A DNA stretch of 64,000 nucleotides from Candidatus Bathyarchaeota archaeon (GTDB lineage Archaea > Thermoproteota > Bathyarchaeia > Bathyarchaeales > Bathycorpusculaceae): assembly GCA_963717465.1 (NCBI GenBank), contig OY970340.1:160001-224000 (forward strand), read 5' to 3'. The stretch's first letter is position 1. Every line of letters starts with the position of its first letter. The position numbers and the translations under genes are program-made. This document shows, in pieces, positions 43,284 through 52,919 of the stretch. The notes under the pieces are model-generated. The model did no database searches, was not told the origin of the DNA, and worked only from the letters and a program-made list of their open reading frames with translations.

Positions 43284-43526
43284 TTGGAGATAATTGTGAC
43301 TTCAATTGTGAAGGTTACTCGAAAGGGTCAAACAACAATACCAGTAGAAGTTCGACAGAAGCTGGTAATACGGGAAGGAGATAGACTCTTGGTTGAAGCG
43401 ACTGAGCGTGGTCAAGTCGTTTTTACACCTATCAGAAAGCTCGAAGATTGCGCAGGAATTTACTCAAAGTACGCGAAGCCAAAGGAATTGAAGAAGCACA
43501 TTGACAAGCTGCGAGAGGAATACTAA
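43284..43526 (+). CDS. AbrB/MazE-type antitoxin
   Basis: KVTRKGQTTIPVEVRQKL. Confidence 0.88.
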   Translation: MEIIVTSIVKVTRKGQTTIPVEVRQKLVIREGDRLLVEATERGQVVFTPIRKLEDCAGIYSKYAKPKELKKHIDKLREEY

Positions 43527-43528
43527 GG

Positions 43529-43927
43529 TTGAAAACGGTTGTTGACAGCCGATTCGTAATAGAATATTTCTATTCAGATGAAACGGAAATCAAGCAAAAA
43601 GCCACAAAAAAGCTTAGAGAAATAATTCAGCGTAAGGAAGGCATATTGCCAACAATCGTCATCAGCGAAGCCATCCAAACGGTTTGTGAACAAATCGGGA
43701 AAGAAGAAGCAGAAATATGCTATGCAAACCTGACTCAGAGTGGGCTGAAGATCCAGAGCTTGACTTCTGTGATAGCCAAGCAAGCGGGTCTGCTTAGAAG
43801 TAAGTACCGAAATATCCCGATGGGCGACTGCATTATCGCTGCCACAGCTATAGAGAACCATGCAGTTGTTTTGTCCGACGACGTTCACTTTGATTCAATA
43901 CATGAAACGAAGAGAAGCTGGATTTAG
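43529..43927 (+). CDS. VapC/PIN toxin
   Basis: VVDS, DCIIAATA, SDDVHF. Confidence 0.85.
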   Translation: MKTVVDSRFVIEYFYSDETEIKQKATKKLREIIQRKEGILPTIVISEAIQTVCEQIGKEEAEICYANLTQSGLKIQSLTSVIAKQAGLLRSKYRNIPMGDCIIAATAIENHAVVLSDDVHFDSIHETKRSWI

Positions 43928-43998
43928 AAGCCAAGGACTTTTTGATCTTAGTCATTTCTGTGAGCGCGTTAGAAGTTTTTGGCGCAGGGAATCAACTG

Positions 43999-44264
43999 TT
44001 ACCGTGACGATTTATCGTAGATTCTTTTACGATGCCCAACTGTCCTAACAAGGATGTTTTTACCTGTGACTTGGTAGATGACTCGATAATCGCCCACACG
44101 TAAAGACATAAGATCGTTGAGCCGTCCTACCAGATGTTTAGCTGCAAAAGGCTGTTCTTCAAGAATCTTGATTTGCGAAAGTATCCTTAACTGGTCTTGC
44201 TTATCTATTTGTTTTAGTTGCTTAAGGAATTCTCTGTAAACTGAATTTCACATTTCTTTTTCAT
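43999..44264 (-). pseudogene. RelE/ParE toxin with a 1-nt frameshift near 44235
   Basis: MKKKCEIQFT / EFLKQLKQID...SLRVGDYRVIY..VGHRKRIY. Confidence 0.75.
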
Positions 44265-44478
44265 CAATTTTCAGCTCTGCGAGGAGTTCCTTGTAGCTGA
44301 ATACTTTGCCCTCCTTGATGTCTTTAGAGCTGGCGTCAATGCTTTTAATCAGTTTTTTATCGCTTAGAACTTCCAGAGTTTCCGCTAACTCTTCAACGAT
44401 AAGGCGCAGTTTTGGAAGCTCCTCAGCCAACGTTTTAAGGTTCTTCTTGTCTTCTTCAGTGAATACAGTTTCAACCAT
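44248..44478 (-). CDS. RelB-like antitoxin
   Basis: EELAETLEVLSD...DIKEGKV; lies upstream of RelE. Confidence 0.75.
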   Translation of the reverse strand: MVETVFTEEDKKNLKTLAEELPKLRLIVEELAETLEVLSDKKLIKSIDASSKDIKEGKVFSYKELLAELKIDEKEM

Positions 44479-44485
44479 TTTTAGG

Positions 44486-44745
44486 TCACCAAACTGTTGA
44501 ATACTTAGAACATATAGTTACTATTAACATTTCTCCAAATACTCTAAGAACAGCATACTGCTTTTCCGTGTTTTCTAGAAACTCTTTTTCTGTTACGCCC
44601 GTCATGAAACAGTTTATGTTTTGAATCGCTTCCAAAAATGTGTTTAAGGTAAGAGCTCTATCGTTTTTCATAAATAATGCGCATTTCCTTTTTAACATCG
44701 TCTGCAGCGAAAGGGTTTAGCTGTGGAGTAAGTCCGGGTTGATTT
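44486..44745 (-). pseudogene. Relic of an MNT-HEPN (DUF86) pair
   Basis: LEAIQNI..F..EF.....QYAVLR is a HEPN N-terminus, truncated before RNxxxH; LNPF-type MNT tail upstream. Confidence 0.55.
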
Positions 44746-44854
44746 TTTGTTTAAATGCTTTTGTTAACGCGTTTTCTGTATGAATCTAGGTTTGAGGGAG
44801 TGAATAGCATAGTTAAATAACAAACTTTTTTAAAATGTGTGTGAATTCAACTTT

Positions 44855-46144
44855 ATGGAAGTTGAAGAGTTAAAAGCCATCGTTACGTCGCAGCGCCAGG
44901 CCTTGGAGGAACTGTTCAAAAAAGAAAAAATCATAGATCGGGATATAGATAGCCAGCATGTTAAAACTTTCTTGTCAAAACCTAACGTTTTAGCCATACT
45001 CGGTGTGAGACGATGCGGTAAATCTATATTCTCATGGCTACTTCTCGGGGCAGAAAAATTCGGGTACATAAACTTCTTCGATGAAAGATTAGTTGGACTT
45101 GAAGCTAACGAGTTAAACAAGGTTTTGCAGGCTTTTTACGAGTTGTACGGCAGCGAAATAGAATACTTCGTATTTGATGAGATACAGAAAGTTCTGGGAT
45201 GGGAGAGATTTGTAAGCAGACTTAGAACCGCCAACAAGATTATAATAACTGGAAGCAACTCTGATTTTTTGCGAGGAGACCTCGCCACTTTCCTAACTGG
45301 AAGACACGTTGACATTGAACTTTTGCCATTCAGTTTCAAAGAGTACTTACATGCTGCGGATGTGCTTTTAGTTGAGAATTGGGAGTACTCAACGAGCAGT
45401 ATTGCAACTGTGAAGAGGGCTCTTTCTAAGTATATGGAGAAAGGTGGTTTTCCGGAGGTTGGCAAATTTGGCGGTGCAATTTTAAGCAGTATTTACAAGG
45501 ACATTATAGAGAATGATATAATTGGTTATCACAGAGTTAGGAACCCTCAGATTTTAAGAGAAATGGCGAAGTTTTTAATTTCAATGGCTGGAAAGGAAAT
45601 AACCTTCAGCAAGTTAAAGTCGCTGGGAATAAAAGATACGCATACCTCATCAAAATATTGCACTTATCTCTCAGATGTATACCTCATATTTTTTCTGGAA
45701 AGGTTTTCATACAAACTAAAAGAGCAGTTCAAAGCCCCCAAAAAAGTCTACTGCATAGACAGCGGCTTAGCAGGCAACGTAGCCTTCAAACTAAGCAAAG
45801 ACCTCGGCAGACTGATGGAAAACTTGGTATTCATAGAGCTGCTGAGAAGAAAGCTCTACCAAAATTCATACTGGGAACTTTACTACTGGAAAGACCACCG
45901 AGGCAGAGAAACTGATTTCGTCATCAAAACTCAAGAATCAGTAAAGCAACTCATACAGGTAACCTATGCTTCAGGTAAAAATGAGATAGAAGCTCGAGAG
46001 CTTGAGGCACTCGAAATTGCCGCATCCGAGCTGAAATGTGAAAATTTACTTGTTATCACTTGGGACTACGAAGGAACAACATCAATTGGCGACAAAACAG
46101 TCAAGATTGTTCCGTTATGGAAATGGCTACTCAAACCCCAATGA
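44855..46144 (+). CDS. AAA+ ATPase with DUF4143 (COG1373-like)
   Basis: GVRRCGKS, FDEIQ, ITGS, GGFPE, KKVYCIDSG, ETDFV, IQV. Confidence 0.9.
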   Translation: MEVEELKAIVTSQRQALEELFKKEKIIDRDIDSQHVKTFLSKPNVLAILGVRRCGKSIFSWLLLGAEKFGYINFFDERLVGLEANELNKVLQAFYELYGSEIEYFVFDEIQKVLGWERFVSRLRTANKIIITGSNSDFLRGDLATFLTGRHVDIELLPFSFKEYLHAADVLLVENWEYSTSSIATVKRALSKYMEKGGFPEVGKFGGAILSSIYKDIIENDIIGYHRVRNPQILREMAKFLISMAGKEITFSKLKSLGIKDTHTSSKYCTYLSDVYLIFFLERFSYKLKEQFKAPKKVYCIDSGLAGNVAFKLSKDLGRLMENLVFIELLRRKLYQNSYWELYYWKDHRGRETDFVIKTQESVKQLIQVTYASGKNEIEARELEALEIAASELKCENLLVITWDYEGTTSIGDKTVKIVPLWKWLLKPQ

Positions 46145-46515
46145 AAAAAGAACGATTAGGCATGTATAAACATGTTATTTATAGACAAAGCCTTTCTATC
46201 CATAAGCCGAAGTCTTATTTCACCAACGTAAACTTGTTTTGTTTTAGCTAAAACGGAAGCTTACTGCCAAATGCCGATACTTGATCCAGTTAAAAAAACA
46301 ATAGCACAAAAGCACATGATGAAGGTACCATTAATGGTTAGAAAAAAACAAAATCATGCTGTGCTATCCCTCATTTCAGTAAAAGAACTTCGAAAAAGAA
46401 TCGCTTAGTATGTTAGAGTGCTTTCTATACCATTGAAAGATTGTTAGCGTTTGAAAATCACACAAAAAGTTATAACGAATAAAACAAATCAGTTTCTATA
46501 ACAAGTGAATCCTAA

Positions 46516-47373
46516 TTGTCGATTGGAATTGAAGAACTCCGAGATGTCATAAGAGTCATTGTTTTTCTCAACGTCAGCAGGACTGGAATAAAAAAGACCA
46601 CCCTTAAAAATAAAATTGACCGAGTCTGCTCAAAGTATGTTTGTGTTGAAGCTTCCGATGTTGAAAAAACGTTGAAAGAAATGTCTGATGAAGGACTTCT
46701 AGTAGAATTTGATGACAAGGTTGAGTTAACTGAGAAAGGACACGAAATCGGCAAAGAATGGCAAAGCCTGCTTCTTAAAAAAGAACCCATCATGGAAGTA
46801 GTTGCTGGATTAGTCGATGGGTCAATAACAAGTCTGGTTATTGTTCTATCAGCTTTCATAGGAGCAATGACGGGCAAAACAATTTTCTCTAACCCTTCAT
46901 TGGTAGTTTTTGCCGCTTTCTTAACGTTAAGCGCGGTTGCAATAACCAATTTCTCCAGTTTTCTGTTAGGAGGAATCACCGAAGATATGGCAGATATCTT
47001 AACCCTGCAAAACTTGATGAATTACAGCTTAAGCAACATCCCAGACAAAAACGAGCGAACCAAATCGTTACAGCTAGTTAAAGACCTATTTTCTTTGCTT
47101 AGCAAAGAAATTCACAGATCAAACATTTACGCAGCAATAATATGCGGAACAACCGCGTATCTCGCTGGAATAATTCCAATCGTTACTTACTTAGCTCTTC
47201 CGCCTTTCTACAACATAACGGTATCTTTAGCCTTGGTCCTTCTAATCGTAGGCGTCTTTCTAGTTAGATATCGATCAAAGAAAACCCGAATTAACTGGAA
47301 AATAACATTAGCTGAAACACTGGCGATTGTAGTTATCGCAACAGTTGCTTCTTTGATCTTGGGCGCGATCTAA
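46516..47373 (+). CDS. Membrane protein: N-terminal wHTH-like region plus VIT1/CCC1-like TM region
   Basis: VELTEKG; VVAGLVDG followed by five TM helices. Confidence 0.6.
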   Translation: MSIGIEELRDVIRVIVFLNVSRTGIKKTTLKNKIDRVCSKYVCVEASDVEKTLKEMSDEGLLVEFDDKVELTEKGHEIGKEWQSLLLKKEPIMEVVAGLVDGSITSLVIVLSAFIGAMTGKTIFSNPSLVVFAAFLTLSAVAITNFSSFLLGGITEDMADILTLQNLMNYSLSNIPDKNERTKSLQLVKDLFSLLSKEIHRSNIYAAIICGTTAYLAGIIPIVTYLALPPFYNITVSLALVLLIVGVFLVRYRSKKTRINWKITLAETLAIVVIATVASLILGAI

Positions 47374-47378
47374 GCAAA

Positions 47379-47807
47379 TTAAGCGGTCAATTGCTGATGC
47401 TCAACCATCATGCACTTATCCATAACCACGATCATTCCTGCATCGCGGGCAACTTTAGCAGCCTGCTTGTTGACAATTTCAAGCTGCATCCAAACAACAA
47501 AAGGCTTACCATACAATTCTTTGAGCTTTACAGCTTGCTCAACTATAGGCATCACATCTTTTGAAGACCTAAAAATATCCACAATCTCAATCGTTCCTTG
47601 GATTTCGGGTGGAATGTCCAGCAGGCTTTTGTAACTTTTTTCTCCTAAGATCTCTTCTGCATTAGGGTTTACAGGTATAATTTGAAAGCCTTGTTGCTGC
47701 AAATAAGAAGCTACCGTATGGCTCGGCTTATCTATGGTTGGCGATAGCCCGACAACCGCAATTACCTTGTAGTCAGTCAAGATATTTCGAATTTGGTTTT
47801 GGGTCAA
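47379..47807 (-). CDS. CoA-binding protein
   Basis: IAVVGLS, IPVNP, VDIFR, VWMQL, DKCMMVEH. Confidence 0.92.
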   Translation of the reverse strand: MTQNQIRNILTDYKVIAVVGLSPTIDKPSHTVASYLQQQGFQIIPVNPNAEEILGEKSYKSLLDIPPEIQGTIEIVDIFRSSKDVMPIVEQAVKLKELYGKPFVVWMQLEIVNKQAAKVARDAGMIVVMDKCMMVEHQQLTA

Positions 47808-47835
47808 ATATGATACACCACTTTAGGGAGGTAGG

Positions 47836-48771
47836 TTATGGCGTTTGGCTTAGGGTTAAATCGAAAAAGAGTTCTCTGCCGTCACGTAATGCAGCTATGT
47901 TAATTTTTTCTCCGATTTTCTTTTTATGAATTTCTTTAACTAAATCTTCAATGCTTGAAACCTCTAGAGTTCCGACTTCCAGAATGATATCGCCATTTGT
48001 CAAGCCGGCTTTTTCAGCAGGGCTTCCTGGAGCAACCTTGGTTATAATTACGCCGTGGTCTACTGGCAACCCGTAGTAGCTTGCAATGTCATTAGTTAGT
48101 GTTAAGCCTACTATTCCCAGCCAAGGGTTTTTAGCTGAACCTTCAGTCATTATGCCGTTAGTGCATGTTTTTGCTGAGTTAATTGGAATTGCAAAGCCTA
48201 TGCCCTGAGCGTAGGGTATGATGGCAGTGTTAATGGCGATAACTTGACCAGTTAAGTCAACCAATGGACCGCCACTGTTTCCAGGATTAATCGCCGCATC
48301 GGTCTGAACAAGGTTTTCTATTAAACCTGTTTGAGCTTCTATTGTCCGGTTGATTGCACTTATTACTCCAGAAGTTACGCTTGGGCCGCCTGTCAAACCG
48401 AAAGGATTCCCAATTGCATAAACTCTTTGCCCAACCCGCAGTTTATCCGAATCACCAAGTTGAGCAGCCTGAAGATTTTTCGCATCAACCTTTACAACTG
48501 CAATATCATGAACAGCACATGAACCAGCTATTGTACCTTCGACCACTTGATTATTCCACAGCGTAACATTAATTTTTTCAGCTCCACCAACCACATGATT
48601 ATTTGTAAGAACCAGACCCGCTGAATCGATTACTGTGCCTGAACCCATGCCTCCCACCGGCACAGCCTGATAAAAAATATTGCTTACAAGCCTAACTGTA
48701 CTTATGTTAACAACACTTTTACTCACTTTCTCTAGAATATCCAAAACATCATTTTCACTATAAGAAGACAT
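47836..48771 (-). CDS. HtrA/DegP-like serine protease with PDZ domain, no signal peptide
   Basis: GSG, TNNHV, DIAV, INPGNSGGPL, PDZ. Confidence 0.92.
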   Translation of the reverse strand: MSSYSENDVLDILEKVSKSVVNISTVRLVSNIFYQAVPVGGMGSGTVIDSAGLVLTNNHVVGGAEKINVTLWNNQVVEGTIAGSCAVHDIAVVKVDAKNLQAAQLGDSDKLRVGQRVYAIGNPFGLTGGPSVTSGVISAINRTIEAQTGLIENLVQTDAAINPGNSGGPLVDLTGQVIAINTAIIPYAQGIGFAIPINSAKTCTNGIMTEGSAKNPWLGIVGLTLTNDIASYYGLPVDHGVIITKVAPGSPAEKAGLTNGDIILEVGTLEVSSIEDLVKEIHKKKIGEKINIAALRDGRELFFDLTLSQTP

Positions 48772-48827
48772 CAGGTTACCCTAGAACCACTAAAAGCGCG
48801 CTTTTTAATAAATCTTCAATTCGAAAC

Positions 48828-49208
48828 TTAAGTAGAACCGCAAAACGAACAGGATTGAATCCAATCTCTCTGCATTTCCTTTTGACACAACTGACACATC
48901 AACCCTTTCTCCCTGATGGTGTGGCAAGTTTGACAGAAAAGACGAAGAATCTCCATTTTTCTAGGCGGCTCTTCAATTAGGAAAGCTACCATTTGATCGA
49001 TAAGTACCTGAATTTCTTCCACGTTTTCGATGTCTAAAAGATTTCCGCGATCTTTAGTGACGTATCGACTTACTGCGGACTGAGATAAACCAAGAAGCAC
49101 AGCAGTCTGTTTTTCGTTAAGTTTGTGTTTTTCTATGATTGATCTCGCCATAATCGCCTTTACAGCGGGCAGCACTGTTTTAACTCCTACTTCGCAGGGT
49201 AATAGCAA
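48828..49208 (-). CDS. HTH transcriptional regulator with Cys-rich C-terminus
   Basis: PCE....LPA, LGLSQSAVSRY, CxxC motifs. Confidence 0.85.
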   Translation of the reverse strand: MLLPCEVGVKTVLPAVKAIMARSIIEKHKLNEKQTAVLLGLSQSAVSRYVTKDRGNLLDIENVEEIQVLIDQMVAFLIEEPPRKMEILRLFCQTCHTIREKGLMCQLCQKEMQRDWIQSCSFCGST

Positions 49209-49252
49209 GTTTGCACCTTGATACCGTATTTTTATAGGAAAATCTATTTAAG

Positions 49253-49289
49253 TATGACGCTTGTCATAAAATTTATGACGCGTGTCATG
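49253..49289. promoter_or_regulatory. Tandem ATGAC-N4-GTCAT palindromes in a divergent promoter
   Basis: TATGACGCTTGTCATA and TATGACGCGTGTCATG, 21 bp apart. Confidence 0.65.
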
Positions 49290-49379
49290 ACGGGGGCAAG
49301 CACAAAACATCTGTCTCACACCAATCTCCTCACCTCCTTAACCCGCCAGACACACGCCAAAGGGGAGGGGGCTAAACAA

Positions 49380-50321
49380 ATAGGAAACGTCTTATCATCA
49401 AATGAACAATCAAGACAAGACTTGGCAGAAATGCTCAAGAATTTGGACGCTGAATGTAGAAACTGCGCGCCAATAACACCTTTAGAATGCATAACGCGAT
49501 GCCAAGTGTGGAAACTTAAGAATGAATTACGTTCGTTAAGGGAAATAATGGGCAATCCCAATTTTACGAAAGAACTGTTAAATGCCTTAAAGAATCAGAC
49601 GAGAGTTAATATTTTGAAGTCAATGGTTAAGACTCGGTATTCGATAAGTCGACTTCAGCAAGAACTTAAGAAGAATGGTCAATTATGCAGTGTAGAAGTG
49701 ATTAGTGAAGAATACATCCAGCCGCTAGTGGCACTTGGACTTGCAGTTCAAGCAAGAGAAGAATATTACGCGACAAATTTCGGAGGTCAACTTTCACAAG
49801 TAATTGGAGATACAACGCCTGAATTCTCAACTCTTCCAGCGCACTCAGAATGCTACGAAGAAACGTTGCTTCTCGCCTTGTTATCGGGTCCAAAAACGTT
49901 CGAAGAAATAAAGCAACTCATCTCGCCGTCAATTGCTTCAAGAATTCTAAAACGATTAAAAGCCACAGGCTTAATAGAGAGACCAGAAGAAAGAGACTAC
50001 ATTTTCTTTTTTAAGACCAAGCGGGATCCAAGCAGAGAACAATTGAACCCAATGGAAGAAAAAGTCTACAGTAACATTGCCGACGAGGGAATGTCAGCAA
50101 AAAATATTTCCAAAAAAACTGGGCTTTCAATAAGAATAATTTACAAACATTTAAGAAAATTGAAAGGGAAAAAACTTATCTTTGTAAGAAAAGCCCCCAA
50201 ACCTTACGATTTAACGGTTAAAGGCAAAGAATTTGCGGAAGTTTTGCAAGAACTAACTCAATTGGTTGACCAAACCTGGACTTCAACTGAACAAGTGGTG
50301 AACGGGAAAATGAACTCTTAA
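49380..50321 (+). CDS. Multi-wHTH (ArsR-like) regulator with N-terminal Cys motif; start uncertain
   Basis: CRNC....CITRC, repeated HTH segments; purine-rich RBS at 49362-49371. Confidence 0.75.
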   Translation: MGNVLSSNEQSRQDLAEMLKNLDAECRNCAPITPLECITRCQVWKLKNELRSLREIMGNPNFTKELLNALKNQTRVNILKSMVKTRYSISRLQQELKKNGQLCSVEVISEEYIQPLVALGLAVQAREEYYATNFGGQLSQVIGDTTPEFSTLPAHSECYEETLLLALLSGPKTFEEIKQLISPSIASRILKRLKATGLIERPEERDYIFFFKTKRDPSREQLNPMEEKVYSNIADEGMSAKNISKKTGLSIRIIYKHLRKLKGKKLIFVRKAPKPYDLTVKGKEFAEVLQELTQLVDQTWTSTEQVVNGKMNS

Positions 50322-50490
50322 AAACACCTTTTTCCTCTATTTTTAGACTTTAGCATATTCGAAATTTCTACCAGAATTTTATTTTCAAAAGCATGCGATT
50401 TTTTCATAAAGATAATATTTAAGCGGAAAGATTGTATGAGTGAGGATCAATCAGTTAAGTGCAAGGTTCTTGAGGCGATTTGAATTGGGT

Positions 50491-51129
50491 ATGTTGCCTG
50501 ATGATAAGAAAGAGTTGCTTAGAAGCGAGTTAAAGGAGAAAATTGAAAATCCAGTAAAAATTGTCATGTTCACGCAGGAAGCTGAGTGTGGATCTTGCTC
50601 GAGTACAAAGCAGCTTGTTACAGAGTTAGCGGCGTTGAACGATAAAATAACTTTGGAGGTTTATGATTTTATTGCCAATGCTGATAAAGCTAAGGAGTAT
50701 GGTGTTGACAAGATTCCAGCGTTAGCAATAATAGGCAAAAAGGACTATGGCGTTCGAATCTATGGGTTACCCTACGGTTATGAACTTCAAACTTTAACTG
50801 AAGCAATTGCTAATGTTTCTAAAGGTAAAACAGATTTATCAGAGAAGACGAAAGCGATTCTTGCAGATGTCAAAATTCCCGTTCATATTCAAGTTTTCGT
50901 CACTTTAACGTGTCCACATTGTCCTGAAGCTGCTGTGATTGCTCATAAGCTGGCTATTGAAAGTGATATGGTGCGTGCAGACGTAATTGATAGCAGTGAA
51001 TTCCAGTCTTTAGCCATGAAATACAATGTCATGGGTGTCCCAAAAATCATAATTAATGAAAAGATAGAGTTTGTTGGAGCATTCAACGAAGACTTGTTTG
51101 CTGAGCATGTGCTTCTCGGCGGCATGTAG
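50491..51129 (+). CDS. Protein disulfide oxidoreductase (two thioredoxin folds)
   Basis: CGSC and CPHC, GVPK, FVGA. Confidence 0.92.
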   Translation: MLPDDKKELLRSELKEKIENPVKIVMFTQEAECGSCSSTKQLVTELAALNDKITLEVYDFIANADKAKEYGVDKIPALAIIGKKDYGVRIYGLPYGYELQTLTEAIANVSKGKTDLSEKTKAILADVKIPVHIQVFVTLTCPHCPEAAVIAHKLAIESDMVRADVIDSSEFQSLAMKYNVMGVPKIIINEKIEFVGAFNEDLFAEHVLLGGM

Positions 51130-51304
51130 AAAATTGTTGTAGAAGCATTCTTCAAGTTCTCTTGTCACTTGTCTGCCGTTTATCGTGCGTGCTCATAAAG
51201 CTAAGTGGTATAGCTAAAGATTGATGAAATCTTCAAAGGTAAAATGCCCAGATTTAGGAGATATTTGTAAAAAGTTAAGTAAACCTTAAAAAAATTTGAT
51301 TTTT

Positions 51305-51559
51305 ATGGTGGAAGATACGCTTGAAATGCGCCTATTTTCGTTAAAGCTTGAAGGAGACGGCTTTAACAAGGGGAAAATTGTTAAGGTTTGAGGTGTATAA
51401 GTTAAGGTTTGAGGTGTATAAGTTAAGGTTTGAGGTGTATAAGTTAAGGTTTGAGGTGTATAAGTTAAGGTTTGAGGTGTATAAGTTAAGGTTTCAGGTG
51501 CTAAATTGGGGTGTTTTTTAGGTTACTGCCTACATTGATTTTAACTGTGGCACGCGATC
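51305..51559 (+). pseudogene. Relic of the terminase-small-subunit-like gene, paralogue of 61815
   Basis: Nucleotide-level similarity to 61811-61958 on both sides of the tandem array. Confidence 0.8.
51380..51500 (+). repeat. 21-bp tandem repeat GTTAAGGTTTGAGGTGTATAA, 5 copies plus a partial copy
   Basis: Units start at 51380, 51401, 51422, 51443, 51464; partial at 51485. Confidence 0.97.
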
Positions 51560-51749
51560 AAAAACAACTGCTTTCCGAATAGTTCAAATGAGCTAAAATG
51601 AACCGAAAGCAGGGATTACAGAAAAGTTATTGTTAGTCGCTTAGATGCAATCTAGGAAACAACCATCCGTTGGCTCTCAAGGAATCAACTGCCCTTTAGT
51701 TCCTTTAGTTTAACCATAGGGTTTAACTCTATCCAGAAATAAATTAAAG

Positions 51750-52026
51750 TCATCTTATCGTATCCCTCGTAACTGTAGTACCTGTAGTACCTTAGTAACT
51801 CATGGCAATGCTCCATGCAATGATGAAGTTGATGGCTTAAGGAACGCCCGCCGTATGCGCATTTCATTAGTACGCCATCTGTCGTGTCGGTTCGTAACCA
51901 TGCCAGCAGTGAACAGAAGCGGGCATACAAGGAAATACACCAGGAATACTGTTAACAGCAAGCGTGGTGCCGATCGCTAAAAGAGCAACATAGGTTGCAG
52001 TATCGAAACCTAACCCGAAAAGTACG
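51750..52026 (-). pseudogene. Degenerate fragment of a second NiCoT gene
   Basis: Aligns with 53063-53490 (LFGLGFDTA...TTDGVLM.CAY) with indels and an internal deletion. Confidence 0.8.
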
Positions 52027-52066
52027 ATTATCAATACGGGCAGGTGTTATGCGAATTATTGTATGG

Positions 52067-52492
52067 TTATAAATCTAATTTATCTTTGAAATATTTTTCA
52101 AACGATTTTTTTGCTTCTGTTTTTGCCCACTCATTTACGCCCATTTTTTTAATTAAGCACAAATTGTATACCTTTGTATTATGCGGTAATGTGGAGGCTT
52201 TGTCAGCAAGCGGGTGCAATAAATTACATGGAAAATCACTGCATTCATAACAAAAAGTCACACGTTTATTTTTAGCACATTTGTAAGTTTTACATTGTTC
52301 GCTGTAGCCTAATGCTTTTAAGAACAAACATTTTCCTTCAATATTCCTGCAACCATTACAAGATATAGTCTCAACTAGCACATTATACCTTTTCGACAAA
52401 AATGATTTTAGAGATTCATTATTTTTTGATAAATAAGCTGGGCAATTAAAACAATCCCTTCCACAAGGAGCGGTCATTAAAGTATAATCCAT
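52067..52492 (-). CDS. DUF3795-like Cys-rich protein
   Basis: APCGRDCFNCPAY, CNGCR, CxxxxCA, FCYECSDFPC. Confidence 0.85.
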   Translation of the reverse strand: MDYTLMTAPCGRDCFNCPAYLSKNNESLKSFLSKRYNVLVETISCNGCRNIEGKCLFLKALGYSEQCKTYKCAKNKRVTFCYECSDFPCNLLHPLADKASTLPHNTKVYNLCLIKKMGVNEWAKTEAKKSFEKYFKDKLDL

Positions 52493-52553
52493 TATTTCGG
52501 CCTTCTAAATTTTAAATCGGCAACAAATTGATGCTTGTTGTGCTTAGATAAAA

Positions 52554-52581
52554 GTCTTACTAATTTATAAAAAAGTGTTAC
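52554..52581. promoter_or_regulatory. Putative NikR operator
   Basis: GTCTTAC-N14-GTGTTAC over the TATA box of the DUF3795 gene. Confidence 0.6.
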
Positions 52582-52919
52582 TGCTAATCCACAATAAAGT
52601 TAGCGTGTAAGCAAGCCGAAGAGCAACATTATTGGCAATACCTTGCGCGTTAGTTGCAAATATCGCTCATAAGCCCACAATTATCCTGATAGCCATCAAT
52701 GCTCTTAATATTATTAAGAGCCCATAATAGTTTTATGCCATTGAAATAAAACGTGAAAAATTGCTATAAAGTTGTCGGTACGTATCTTTAGGTTAAGTTA
52801 AGTTCGTCAGAAACAACTTCTGCTGAGCCTTTGCCAAGTTTCTTACTGATTATTTATTTTGGTTATTTTAAGATCCACCTTACCAAATTCGAAAAGAAAA
52901 AATGATGGAGGGTCAATGC

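Noticed and set aside
51380..51500. CRISPR array
   Set aside because: Units are head-to-tail with no spacers, and there are no cas genes in the window.
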